NCBI RefSeq assembly: GCF_001194135.2
Contig: NC_068981.1
Location: forward strand, 97,567,746-97,631,745
DNA: 64,000 nt
Direction of reading: 5' to 3'
Source of the DNA: Octopus bimaculoides
Taxonomy: Eukaryota
In this document: one piece after another, positions 24,785 through 38,145 of the stretch
Layout: each line of letters starts with the position of its first letter
Numbering within the stretch: position 1 is the first letter of the stretch
Notes under the pieces: generated by a model
Told to the model about the DNA's origin: nothing
Databases searched by the model: none
The model's input: only the letters and a program-made list of their open reading frames with translations
Translations under genes and position numbers: made by a program

Positions 24785-25028
24785 GTCAGAGAAATCGGAA
24801 TTGACATGAAAGCAGAGCAAACCCCAAAAGCAAGCCCAGCAGAGGCTGGGGACAGCTAGGACTTTGAGATTGGTACTTGGATGTTGAATGTCTCCTACGA
24901 TAATTAACAACCATTTATCAAAGCTTATAATATGCGGAGAGACCCTGTGAGACATTTGACAGCAGGTTGCTGTCTGCTCTCACAGAACCTACCAGAGCAA
25001 ACAAGACCGAGCGCTCCGAGGATTAAAA
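24785..25028 (+). mobile_element. 3' end of another R4/Dong-like family
   Basis: Encodes the RLE C-terminus LGTARTLRLVLGC* (ctggggacagctaggactttgagattggtacttggatgttga), followed by a distinct 3' UTR and (AAT)n. Confidence 0.75.
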
Positions 25029-25043
25029 CAATAATAATAATAA

Positions 25044-26234
25044 TTGTTTCTACAATACGCATAAAGCCTGAAATTTTGTGGGGTGAGCTTAATTAATACA
25101 TCAATCCCGGCGTTCAATTGGTACATATTTTCGACCTGGGCAACATTTGAACTCAGAATGTAAAGCCAGAATAAATGTCACGAAGCATTTTGTCCTGCGC
25201 AGTAACAATTCTGCTAGTTCGCCACCTTGATAATAAGAATAATGCTAAAAGTAATATTTTCTAATATTGACCATAAAAAATACAAACGTTGGGGACAGAA
25301 GAAGAACGAAAAACACAGCACAGTATGTAGTTTAAATTGAGTTAAAAGAAGGCAAAAATCAACGAAAACAATAGATAACAAAAAATCTCAAGAAAAAGTT
25401 TCTCAATATGGAGGAAACCATCTGGAATAATTCGGAGTAAAAATCCTACATGAAGTCCCGGTTTACTCTACCGTATCAAAGACCTCAAAAGTAGCTTCTC
25501 CGAGTTTCTGACCTCCTGGTGATAATTGTATAATTAGTGAAAGCCAATTTCTTCACTTTGACTCAATTTTCATAAAACACTTTTGAGGGTACTGTTTCCC
25601 TCTCCTTACTCTTCAAGTAGCATTTGGAGAAGTCGGTACTTGAAAGAGTAATTGGCCAGGTAAGAGAGGATCTGCCCCCGAACCTTTTAAACTGCATCCA
25701 GCACACAACATCCAATGTCGTAGCCACAAAGCATTGCCTAGTAGATGATCTAACGATTCTGCCAGCTCCTTATAAGCAATAGTAATAATAATCCTTTCTA
25801 CTAAAGGCACCAAGGCCTGGAATTTTTGAGGGGAGGGGATCAGTCAATCACATCAACCCCAGTGTTCAACTGATACTTATTTTATCAACTCTGAAAGGAT
25901 GAAAGGCAAAGTCAACCTCGGTGGAATTTGAAATTAGAACGTGAAGACAAACAAAATGCTGCTAAGCATTTCGCCCAGTGTACTAACGACTCTGCCGGCT
26001 CACCGCCTTAATAAACAACAACAACAACAACAATGATAATAATAATAATAATCCTTTCTACTAAAAGCACAGGGCCAGAATTTTTTTTTGCGGGGGACTA
26101 GTCGATTACATAGACCTCGAAAGTACATAAGGCAAAGTCGACCGTGACGGAATTTGAACTCAGAACGTAGCGGCAGACGAAATACCGCTAAGCATTTCAC
26201 CCGGCGTACTAACGATTCTGCCAGCTCGCCGCCT

Positions 26235-26236
<2 letters not shown>
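25044..26236 (-). mobile_element. Cluster of tandem SINE family A copies (about 25044-25230, 25748-25770, 25786-26009, 26050-26236)
   Basis: Repeated head (ggcg(g/a)(t)gagctggcagaatcgttag) and tail (agtagaaaggattattatt) in the same orientation, separated by (AAT/AAC)n. Confidence 0.85.
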
Positions 26237-26299
<63 letters not shown>

Positions 26300-27030
26300 N
26301 NNNNNNNNNNNNNNNNNNNNNNNNNNNNNNNNNNNNNNNNNNNNNNNNNNNNNNNNNNNNNNNNNNNNNNNNNNNNNNNNNNNNNNNNNNNNNNNNNNNN
26401 NNNNNNNNNNNNNNNNNNNNNNNNNNNNNNNNNNNNNNNNNNNNNNNNNNNNNNNNNNNNNNNNNNNNNNNNNNNNNNNNNNNNNNNNNNNNNNNNNNNN
26501 NNNNNNNNNNNNNNNNNNNNNNNNNNNNNNNNNNNNNNNNNNNNNNNNNNNNNNNNNNNNNNNNNNNNNNNNNNNNNNNNNNNNNNNNNNNNNNNNNNNN
26601 NNNNNNNNNNNNNNNNNNNNNNNNNNNNNNNNNNNNNNNNNNNNNNNNNNNNNNNNNNNNNNNNNNNNNNNNNNNNNNNNNNNNNNNNNNNNNNNNNNNN
26701 NNNNNNNNNNNNNNNNNNNNNNNNNNNNNNNNNNNNNNNNNNNNNNNNNNNNNNNNNNNNNNNNNNNNNNNNNNNNNNNNNNNNNNNNNNNNNNNNNNNN
26801 NNNNNNNNNNNNNNNNNNNNNNNNNNNNNNNNNNNNNNNNNNNNNNNNNNNNNNNNNNNNNNNNNNNNNNNNNNNNNNNNNNNNNNNNNNNNNNNNNNNN
26901 NNNNNNNNNNNNNNNNNNNNNNNNNNNNNNNNNNNNNNNNNNNNNNNNNNNNNNNNNNNNNNNNNNNNNNNNNNNNNNNNNNNNNNNNNNNNNNNNNNNN
27001 NNNNNNNNNNNNNNNNNNNNNNNNNNNNNN

Positions 27031-27322
27031 ATAGAGATAACTCGAATGTGGAATCTAAAAACAGAAACAATTCCTATCATAGTAGGGGCCTTAGGTATAA
27101 TAAAAAAAATATTCAGACAAATACATAACAAAAACACCAGGACTTACAAATATATATAACATACAGAAAATTGCACTACTGGGTACTGCACACATTCTAC
27201 GCAAAACACTTTCAATACAGTAAACATAAGAGCACTACAGCAAACCACAGCACATACCCAAGGCGCACAGAGCTGCACTCGGTAGTGAAGTGAAAGCACG
27301 TTATAAAAATAACACTACTGAA
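27031..27322 (+). mobile_element. 3' part of an R4/Dong-like element (family of 3811-4227) + (AAT)n
   Basis: EITRMWNLKTETIPIIVGALG...NIQKIALLGTAHILRKTLSIQ* (one frameshift), then the 3' UTR and (AAT)n to about 27395. Confidence 0.9.
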
Positions 27323-27341
27323 CAATAATAATAATAATAAT

Positions 27342-27394
<53 letters not shown>

Positions 27395-27395
<1 letters not shown>

Positions 27396-27515
27396 TTCGG
27401 TACAAGGCCAGAAATTTTGGGGAAGGCGTAAGTCGATTACATCACCCTCAGTATTCAACTGGTTCTTATTTTATCGACCCCAGTATACTAGCGATTCTGC
27501 CCGCTCGCGGCCTTA
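27395..27515 (-). mobile_element. Internally deleted SINE family A copy
   Basis: Same deletion junction and downstream flank as 21295-21560. Confidence 0.65.
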
Positions 27516-28177
27516 ATTAAACCCGTAATAATAGTTTCTGGGAATGCGTGGGTAGTTATAGGCGGCCACTCAATGGCTGATGAAATCTTCGGCTTTGCAG
27601 ATCTTATTTTTTTGCCCATCAACTGTATTAATACGAGTTACTTACGACCATCCAGTGTATTTAATTAAGATTAAACTGTTAGTCGATATCTATAGACCTA
27701 TTGTGTAGTATATTGTGGCAAACCACATTATAATACATTATGAGCGAATCGCATTTATATACCAGATTTATATGAACGGGAGTAAACGAAATATTGCAGC
27801 ACCTATGTCATTCTTAAGTGAGAGAAAGGCAGATCAACACAACCAGCGGTAGTAGCGACGACAACAGTAATAAATAGAAGGGCACCACCACCAACAACAT
27901 CATCTCGATCACCACGATCACCACCACCGCCACCATCACCACCATCACCACCACTAACAACAACAACAACAACAGCAACGACAACACAAATTGATACCAG
28001 TTAATCATGGAAGTTTGCAATGTACATAGAAGAAATAAAGAGAAAGAGAGAATTTCCCTGTTGGCTGTCTCTATAAGCATAGATTTGCTGATATCAGCAT
28101 AAATAATAGTTTCTCATTCTCAAGTTGTGAAAGGAAATTCTGTAATCTAATCTAATTTTTTTTTCAATCATTTATAC

Positions 28178-28213
<36 letters not shown>

Positions 28214-29220
28214 TAACCACAATTTCTTTTCTGCTTTGTCTCTCAGCCAATTCCTCACGTGCCACCCGATGAAGAATCTATGCAGTAATCCTTCCTGCCA
28301 GAAATAACATCAAAAACTCTTTCAGATTATACCACCGTCTTTAAAAGCATAAAGGGCGCATAGGCAAATGTAATTCTGGATATATTCAAAGAAAGGATGG
28401 TCGTCGCTGACACGCCCATCGGTCTGCTCAACTAGGGGTTAAGCAAAACAACCAGCTCCTAAGGGAAGAACGCATTTAATAATTTAGTTATATCGCACTA
28501 TATCTCAAAAGAAGCTCAGACGACTTTGGTCAGGGACCTGCATGATCAGAAGCTAACCCATGGTTAAGAAGAACAACAAGAACCAATTCTCCCGTGACTA
28601 GATAACATAATGCTATTAGTTGGTGTATTACACATCGTTGTCGGAAAAAATCTCTTACACCATTGAATAACGCGACCAAATATTTTATGACTACTCATTT
28701 TTGTTGAAGTTTTGCTATAAAAAAAGCAGTCGGTCACGAGGGAGGTAAGATGGAGCGATCGAGACGAACAGGGAGAATAAAGCGAGAGTGTTTAAACACT
28801 ACTGAAAAATCCTGCCTCACCGAGGTAGGAAAATATACGCCAAGAGCTCTACTAAGATAACTTGAAATAGCGACGAACAATTTATGCGGAAACTTCACAC
28901 ACAAGACCTCAACGTGCAGCAGAAATTCACCGCACTCAATACAAATATGTTGAGTATTGTATGTGTATAGAAAGTCATACGAAAACAAGATTTTCCAAAG
29001 TTTTCTGTCTTGGGGATATTCAGCATACCAGATCCGTTATTTGTTACTTTTCCTGCCAAATATTTTAGAAAAATAAACCATTTCCGTTTACGTTGTGCTC
29101 ATAAATCTGAAATGGTAAAAATTGAATTATTTTCATATAACAGTACAATGAAGTCTCAAAAATTAAAGAGAAAGGTAAGATAAATCAAAAATAGATAAAA
29201 AAAAAAAAAACAGAAGAAAA

Positions 29221-29540
29221 GAGTGATTATTCGAGTAAAGAATTGGCAAAAAAATACATAAAAAATAAACGGGAGAAAAGAGAAAGAAAATAAGAATTAA
29301 GAACGAGGTAATAGAAACGCATGTCCTCATGTATATACGTGCTGGTGAGTGTGTGAGTTGAATAGATGTGCCTGTAGTCATAATTATTTTTTCTTAATCA
29401 TAGTAGACTTTTGAGGATGTGGTGTTTGTTTGAAGTGAAAAATCACATTTATTCCCGTTCTGTTAAGGCTTTTAATAGTCTTTTATCAAATAGTGTACTT
29501 TGAAAGTTTTTCTTTTGATTTTCAGATGTAGTCGACTAAT
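29221..29540 (+). repeat. Local duplicated segment, copy 2
   Basis: gagtgattattcgagtaaagaattggc...gatgtagtcgactaat is shared with 23678-24038. Confidence 0.9.
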
Positions 29541-29989
29541 TTTTTTAGCGTTTTCATATCGATATGTCAAAAACAGGAAGTATAGTCTTAGAATTTTTAA
29601 TTAGACTTCCCTTCCGTAATGCCAATGTATCACTGAAGTGCTACATATAAGTTAGGTTTTTATGGAATTAAGCTTCATTTCATAAATGATGTCATCTGCG
29701 TTACAATACATATATTATAGCAATGCGTTAGTGTTTCTGCCTGAGTATATGACTTTATTTCCAGAGTGTGTGTGATCTTATACATGTTATTGGTTTAATT
29801 GTAACTTTAAGATTATGTCTACGAAATAGTCTTGAATAATTATGGTTGGTTGGGAAGTGTTCCTCTATGAAAGCTAGAAATACTTTTGCGATTCAAAATT
29901 TATCACGAAATGAAGTAGAGTATGCTAACCATGTGATATTGCAGCACGTTTTCTAAGTCTTTATTTTACTGTATGAGTGGAGGGGCGCG

Positions 29990-30480
29990 ACAGGAGGTAA
30001 GTAAATGATGCCTTGACTAAGCTTGGACGAGTTCCATGTCTAGAAGAGGTGTTGATGGCAACCAGGTCATTTTCAGGTAGAAAGGCGACAAGAGTGGACG
30101 AGATCCTAATAAGAGAATGGGGGAGAAACGGAGAAGTAAACTCAAGAGGTGTCTCCACCAGTTAATGTTGGGATCATGAGCAGCTGGTGATGTTTCCATA
30201 TTCATAAAGAGTAAAAGAAAAGAATATAGGAACATATCGAGAGATGTCTCTATTTGCTATTGTTGAAATTGGCTGAGTGAGAAAATCTCCACAGTTTTAA
30301 TATCCGGGCGCGTTCTCCTAGACTTTTTTCCACCAAAGGATATCAACAACTCAGCAGGGATTTACAAGAAGAATATTTGGGAAGAATATTTGCTCACAAA
30401 TAAATGGCTGTGCCTATCTGCTATTTAACGAGCCTATATATTTTTTTTATCGCATTGGTTGTACCGGCCGACATGCTACC
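29990..30480 (+). mobile_element. Decayed RTE-clade LINE RT fragment
   Basis: PCLEEVLMATRSFSGRKATRVDEI (P.LEEV..AI....GKA.G.D.I motif), LHQLML, TYREMSLFAIV (NYRGISLL-like) and a Q.GF remnant. Confidence 0.7.
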
Positions 30481-30513
30481 AGTAACACTCAAGAGTGATT
30501 CGACTTGTGTACA

Positions 30514-30558
<45 letters not shown>

Positions 30559-30887
30559 AGAACCCGGAGATTGCTTGGAGATACCATGCGTGATATAAAA
30601 ACCTGCCTAGAAAACACCTCCAATGTAGGAAACGGTTCGTAACTCATAGCTATATACTGTGTACATTAAACAATATTTATCTCTCACCGGATGGATAACT
30701 TTTTCGTTGATCTTACCTTATCGGAAAAGTAAACTATATTTGTATATGTATGTGTGAGTGTGTGTGTGTATATANNNNNNNNNNNNNNNNNNNNNNNNNN
30801 NNNNNNNNNNNNNNNNNNNNNNNNNNNNNNNNNNNNNNNNNNNNNNNNNNNNNNNNNNNNNNNNNNNNNNNNNNNNNNNNNNNNNNN

Positions 30888-30956
<69 letters not shown>

Positions 30957-31616
30957 GTATGCAACAGAAACGGTATTATATATTAAAATAGCCTTCTGCG
31001 TATGATACATAATGCAAATACATCACGGAAACCAAATTAATAGCTGCATTCGTCCAGAGATAATATCTCTTATAGACTTACTACATCTAAAAGCACAAAA
31101 ATGTCAGTAGTAGACTAAAATCGTCAAGCAGTACCGATGAGAATGCTTGAAGTGCATCTTAGCCTCTTCGGCCTTTGTCAGCAGCATATATTCATTGGCA
31201 ACCGCGTGGTGTGACAAAACCCGTCGCTACTGATATACGAAAACAAAGATTGAAAAGGCTGGGACATGTCGATCATAGATGAAATCAATGAAGGTTGACT
31301 TGAGGATAAAAGGTGACCATAACAACGACTCACTGCTGAAAAGTTGTCCGTTGAGACTTGCGCTGAAAACGAGACGAAGGGCATAGAACAGGCTGTTCTG
31401 AGAGCGGTGCTCTGTCATGGATTTATGTGACGGTTAAAACAAATTACCGAAGTAAAGAATTAAAGAATATAGACATATGACATTTAATACGCGTCTTGGT
31501 CATAAAAAAAATTCTTTGCTCGCGTAGTAATACTTAAGTTCTGAACCATTCCGACATATTTACCTGAGTGTCCGTGCCCAAGCTTTTAAAAATGTAGCAT
31601 CCTGTGCATTAGCATG

Positions 31617-31650
<34 letters not shown>

Positions 31651-32044
31651 NNNNNNNNNNNNNNNNNNNNNNNNNNNNNNNNNNNNNNNNNNNNNNNNNN
31701 NNNNNNNNNNNNNNNNNNNNNNNNNNNNNNNNNNNNNNNNNNNNNNNNNNNNNNNNNNNNNNNNNNNNNNNNNNNNNNNNNNNNNNNNNNNNNNNNNNNN
31801 NNNNNNNNNNNNNNNNNNNNNNNNNNNNNNNNNNNNNNNNNNNNNNNNNNNNNNNNNNNNNNNNNNNNNNNNNNNNNNNNNNNNNNNNNNNNNNNNNNNN
31901 NNNNNNNNNNNNNNNNNNNNNNNNNNNNNNNNNNNNNNNNNNNNNNNNNNNNNNNNNNNNNNNNNNNNNNNNNNNNNNNNNNNNNNNNNNNNNNNNNNNN
32001 NNNNNNNNNNNNNNNNNNNNNNNNNNNNNNNNNNNNNNNNNNNN

Positions 32045-32079
<35 letters not shown>

Positions 32080-32758
32080 TGTATATGTATTATGAATGTA
32101 TGTGTAGTTACTGACTAAACCGGCACCCCCACCAAGCTAGCCTGGTAAGGAGGGTTGCAAGAAACCCAGCAGGTCTAAAAACAAAACCTGTTTAAAGGCC
32201 GGATGGACCTAGTGCGGGTTCAACGACTATCTAGCAATACCACGGGCATGCAGAAATTCCGAGATGCTGTCTGGCGTGCAGGAAGACCACTGGGAGTGAG
32301 GCACCCTTTGGCTCTTGTTGAAGCATGTCTCTTGTAGAATGCTACTCTGATATAAAACCAGATATGCAGGGAATGTCATTGGGCATTTTGGGAATCTTTT
32401 GCTTATGCTTGAGATCATGGCGCTCCACATCCCTGAACCTGCAAACTCCTACTGGCACCAGACATCTTGCCACGGCTTGTCTATGGATAATGTAAATAGA
32501 GTGGAGAAGGTCTATGAGGTGTCGTGCGAGCCTCATTGCACCTAAAAATTCTGCACAGGCATTGCTGACTTTTTCCTTTACATGTGTATTGCTTCTTTTT
32601 TTTTTTAGATATATGTTTATATATATATTTTAAGGTAGTCTTTGAGCACACAGTGTTCCTAAAGGTCAGTAAGGGTTTTTTTATACATGTATATACATGT
32701 ATATCTTTATGCATTTATATGTATGCATGTATACGTATGTACAAACATACATACAAAG

Positions 32759-32797
<39 letters not shown>

Positions 32798-33054
32798 AAC
32801 ACACATGCGCGCGCGCACTCACTGTTATATATATGAATATGTATTATATGGATATATTATGTATGTATTCCATCAGTAATCTAGCGATATGGAGAATGCG
32901 TACATTGGTGAATGCGGTTTATATATAAAGTCGTTAAAGGTGTGAAAAGATAATTCAATGGTATATGTATATATTTATGTGTGTGTGTGTGTATGTGTGT
33001 ATGTACGTGTATATGTACCTATATATATCTATATACACATACATATATGTATGA

Positions 33055-33101
<47 letters not shown>

Positions 33102-33814
33102 GATATATATACACACATCTACACACGTGCACACACAAACGCACACACATGTGTATACATGCACATACACATTTACAGAGAAAAAGATGCAGGCAGGCTT
33201 GTGCGTACATCTATGTGTATTTGTTTCTGCTCGTGTGAATGTATATACATTAGTGTAAATGTGTACCTATTGCGCATGTATGCACGCACGCTTGTATGAG
33301 CATACATGTATAATTATTTTTTGCATTTTTGTGATCTTGTTTTTCGATTTTCTTTAGCCGCTTCTATCGCAAATTCCAGTTATTTATTTCGTATATCACT
33401 TCATCTAATTGTGTTTTTCACCTCACACCTTTGCTTCAATCTATTTTGTTATATATTGTTTTCTTTTCCAGGTTTTCTTTCTTCGAACATAAAAGAGGTA
33501 CCAACCAACCAAGAAAGGCAGTTAAACAAGATAGCTAGCTAGCTCAATAGCTACTAGATAGCTGAAGCAAAAGTGACACGAAGAATCATTAAGGCTATCA
33601 AGACGGCGCGATGAAATGTATGGTGGGTGTTGTCGGAGGATTTTAAGCCTGTCGTTTGTCATTCGCTCGCCATTATCGTCTGCTTTCAGTCAATTCGTAA
33701 AGCATCCTCTCGTTCGTTCACTTAGGCGCGCACAAACACATAGACATAGACGAACAAACTCATATATACACACATGGATACACTCACTCACATACGCTAC
33801 ATACTTACACATGT

Positions 33815-33868
<54 letters not shown>

Positions 33869-34174
33869 TATATAATATATATACCTACATATATATATAT
33901 ACATACATACACATATATATATATACATATTTATATATACATATATACATACATCTATATAAGGGGATGTAAATGTATATAGACATATAAGTAAACATGT
34001 GCACGTCTGTGTGTTTACTCATACGTCTATATACCCGTTTGTCTACATGTATGTATATATGCATATATATGTGTGTGTGTGTATGTGTGTATACTCATAT
34101 ACACGAACATACACATGTGAGTTTGTGTGTGTGCGCATTATTGCATGTATATGTTCACATTTGTATGTACATGC

Positions 34175-34215
<41 letters not shown>

Positions 34216-34478
34216 TGCTGCACGTTTTTGCATGTCTATATGTGTGGGTGTCAAAAGGATTTCAATGCGAAGTACTAGACTAATGAAAAAGATAAGGTAA
34301 GAAAGGGGATGATTAAATGAGAAACTGGCTCCCTGCCCCGGTACACCCCACCCCTCGCTGCATTTAATTACTGCCACTCACAGAGAAATGCTGGCGTAGC
34401 AAAGACCTTTTTTGAGATGGTGACAACGATGATCACGACGATGATGATGATTAGGATCATTAGGATGATAATGGTGAT

Positions 34479-34533
<55 letters not shown>

Positions 34534-34728
34534 GGGCAACAGCAGTAGCAGCAGAAGAAGAAGAAGAAACATGAACTAGAGACCCATTTCAGTGAATTTA
34601 GAGGTAATTTCTTACAAACAACAACACAACTTTTTATACAAACAATCTCGTGACACACCTAAATTGGACACGTCTGTGAACACGGTTATTCCACGCTTGA
34701 TTGAACTTTAAACAATAACACAATTCCT

Positions 34729-34940
34729 ATGCAGGATAGGTTTTGCTGGTCACTGGTAACATGACCATTCAGCTATTATTCATTGGTGTTATTGGCAGAA
34801 ACACACACTTCGAAATTGAAGACTTACCGAAGCTAATGAAAGGCAGAGCTTTCTGGTGCGGTATGGTGGAATGCATCCTGGTTGCAACCGCCAGAAGAAG
34901 ACTTTTTATCAAAGTAACACAATATAAAGCTAAACAAATT
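34729..34940. repeat. ~210-bp unit, copy 1 of 3
   Basis: Near-identical to 37607-37818; a more diverged copy lies at 37910-38100. Confidence 0.9.
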
Positions 34941-35175
34941 CCTATATCAAACTCTGCAAAATCATCCAGCAATGACCAACAGCCTACAAATATACCTCGA
35001 TCTTCGTTTTCTGTCTCCCCACCTACATATCTAAGCCCAAAGAAACCCAAACGTTGCTCTGTCTGATGAGGCTAGCAGGCCGAGTTTGAAATCGCTGTCG
35101 CTTTTCTTCTTGCAAAAGTTTAAGAAACATGTACTCCAGTAAAAAGAGTTGTTTTCATATACGACTTGTTTTAAG

Positions 35176-35213
<38 letters not shown>

Positions 35214-35654
35214 TACACACACACACACACAGACACACACACACACACATGTATATGTGTGTGTATGTATATATATATATATACATATATATATATGTAT
35301 ATATATCTGTAAAAATATGTGACACTTATTCAGTAGCCATGATAAANNNNNNNNNNNNNNNNNNNNNNNNNNNNNNNNNNNNNNNNNNNNNNNNNNNNNN
35401 NNNNNNNNNNNNNNNNNNNNNNNNNNNNNNNNNNNNNNNNNNNNNNNNNNNNNNNNNNNNNNNNNNNNNNNNNNNNNNNNNNNNNNNNNNNNNNNNNNNN
35501 NNNNNNNNNNNNNNNNNNNNNNNNNNNNNNNNNNNNNNNNNNNNNNNNNNNNNNNNNNNNNNNNNNNNNNNNNNNNNNNNNNNNNNNNNNNNNNNNNNNN
35601 NNNNNNNNNNNNNNNNNNNNNNNNNNNNNNNNNNNNNNNNNNNNNNNNATATAT

Positions 35655-35707
<53 letters not shown>

Positions 35708-35734
35708 ACCAGACAGACAGACAGACAGACAGAC

Positions 35735-35791
<57 letters not shown>

Positions 35792-36119
35792 TGGGTAGGG
35801 TGAACAGCTATTCTTTTAAATGTATTAGATACTGTATTTTGGCTTATACATGTTTTATTAAGGTTTTCATATGAATTCCTTGCGCTCTGTTTGGAGTAGT
35901 ACAACTTCAAAATCCATCAACAATGTTTTTGGACCTTCACGGTTTCACTCGTGGTGTTGGTGCATGTTACATATAAATGATAGGACCAATGCTAATGGTA
36001 TACTGCAATATCAAAATAAACGTGCAAATAACATACACTAATCACAAACAAAATGAAATACTTCCTGACTGATGATGAACAAACCTAAACGTCACCTTTA
36101 AAATTCCACTAACATAATT

Positions 36120-36300
36120 TCTAATTTCGGCACAAGACTAGCAAATTAAGAGGAAGTCGATTATACCGATTCCAGTCCTTGATTGGTCGTCGTTTCATCG
36201 ATTACTGAAGAATGAAAAGCCTAGTTGACCTCGGCGAAATTTGAACTCAGAACGTAAGAAGCTGGAAAAAATTTTGTCCGATGTTCTAACGATTCCAACA
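36120..36300 (-). mobile_element. Diverged SINE family A copy
   Basis: ttgacctcggcgaaatttgaactcagaacgtaag motif. Confidence 0.7.
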
Positions 36301-36366
36301 GTTCTCTGCCTTAAATTCCAGGCAACAATTAAACATTTTTCTTTCTTTTTTTTTTCACTTGTATGT

Positions 36367-36781
36367 ATTCTTTTTTATTCTTTTACTTGTTTCAGTCATT
36401 TGACTGCGGCCATGCTGGAGCACCGCCTTTAGTCGAGCAAATCGACCCCAGGACTTATTCTTTGTAAGCCTAGTACTTATTCTATCGGTCTCTTTTGCCG
36501 AACCGCTAAGTTACGGGGACGTAAACACAACAGCATCGGTTGTCAAGCGATGTTGGTGGGGGACAAAGACAGACATATAAATATATACACACACATACAT
36601 ACATATATACATATATACGACTGGCTTCTTTCAGCTTCCGTCTACCAAATCCACTCACAAGGCTTTGGTCGGCCCGAGGCTATAGTAGAAGACACTTGCC
36701 CAAAGTGGCACGCAGTGGGACTGAACCCGTAACCATGTGGTTGGTAAGAAAGCTATTTACCACACAGCCACTCCCGTGCCT
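36367..36781 (-). mobile_element. tRNA-derived SINE, family B, full length with internal (CA/TA) spacer
   Basis: Minus-strand head ggagtggctgtgtggtaa...gggttcagtcccactgcgtg has A and B boxes, followed by CORE-like tttgggcaagtgtcttct. The 3' module is ggcggtgctccagcatggccgcagtcaaatgactgaaacaagtaaaagaa. Confidence 0.9.
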
Positions 36782-37606
36782 ATATATGTTGAATTTTTAT
36801 GAAAAGGATGGTCCCAAATGTGTGACGTAAGTGACATCAAACAAAATACCTTTTCTCACTTGAAATTATTAACTTCTAATTCCTCTGAATTTCTCCATAG
36901 CAACGTTAAAGCCATGTGGTGTTTATTTACATTGCCCTTGAAATTTCGAGAAATGCTAACATGCTTCCTAGACAACTAATGACTATAGTCTCAATCCTCA
37001 TTTACCTGGTGTGAGGTGCGTGACAAAAATGGATGTGATATTTGCAAGACAAATATTTTCTGTACTTTCCAAATAGTGTAGATCTGGAAGAAATTGTCTC
37101 ACTATTTGAATCTGGTCGAAGATGAACCATTTCAACGTACCTTTATAGGATTTTACGTGAATTTTTCTGGGCAATCTAAAAAGTTTTGAAACCCAGTTTT
37201 AGCTCATCTTTCATGGGGATAGTCTTTTTTTTGCGTAAATATATTCAGTAACCGTAACGCGAATGCTTAACCTACTAAAATAGCTGCCAAATTTCTCTTA
37301 AATCACTCACCATCTTAAAATAAGGAAGAAGACATTGAACAATGCAGTACTAGATATACAAAATACAGGATGTTCATGGTTAAGGCCTTTGATCATAAAT
37401 GTGAGCGATTTGAATTGAACTGGAGTTAAAGAACAACAAATAGCTGTTGTAGTTTGACTCTAGATATTGCTGTGCCCGGTCGCTTGACAATACAGCGTTG
37501 GTCCCAACTATAACATAACTCATCACATTCATCTATCTATCACTCGGCAAAAAACCTCCGAGGAGATTTATCGACGCATTCCACCCAACTCTGTTGTTAA
37601 TGCTCA

Positions 37607-38145
37607 ATGCAGGATAGGTTTTGCTGGTCACTGGTAACATGACCATTCAGCTATTATTCATTGGTGTTATTGGCAGAAACACACACTTCGAAATTGAAGA
37701 CTTATCGAAGCTAATGAAAGGCAGAGCTTTCTGGTGCGGCATGGTGGAATGCATCTTAGTTGCAACCGCTAGAAGAAGACTTTTTATCAAAGTAATACAA
37801 TATAAGCTAAACAAATAGATTTCAGTAGATCTTTCCTTTGACAAAAATAGGCTGTTGAACAGCATGCCATATCAAAAGTTATACACCCTAACACAAGACG
37901 ATGAGCATTCGACTATTATTCATTGGCGTTATTAGCCGAAACACACACATCCAAATTGAGGCCCTACAGAAGATAACGTGAAGCAGAGATTTCTGGCGCG
38001 GCATGGTTGAACGCATAACGGTTGCGGCCGCTTGAAAACAGAGTTTTTTTGTTTTGTTTTTTTATCAAAGAAACACAATATAAAGCTAAATAGATTTCAG
38101 TAAAAATTATCTTTCCTTAAAGAAAAATAGGCTGATTAATAGAAG
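37607..38145. repeat. Copies 2 and 3 of the ~210-bp unit in a tandem duplication
   Basis: 37650-37865 and 37912-38145 share the unit and the downstream flank (agatttcagta...aaaaataggctg). Confidence 0.85.

Noticed and set aside
31330-31410. Possible 78-bp minus-strand exon (acag|...gca|gtgagt)
   Set aside because: Weak acceptor and no recognisable peptide; at chance level for 64 kb.
35060-35100. ctgatga-ggc-tagcag-gcc-gag hammerhead-like core
   Set aside because: GAAA is absent at the required position and no stem I or III partner can be drawn.
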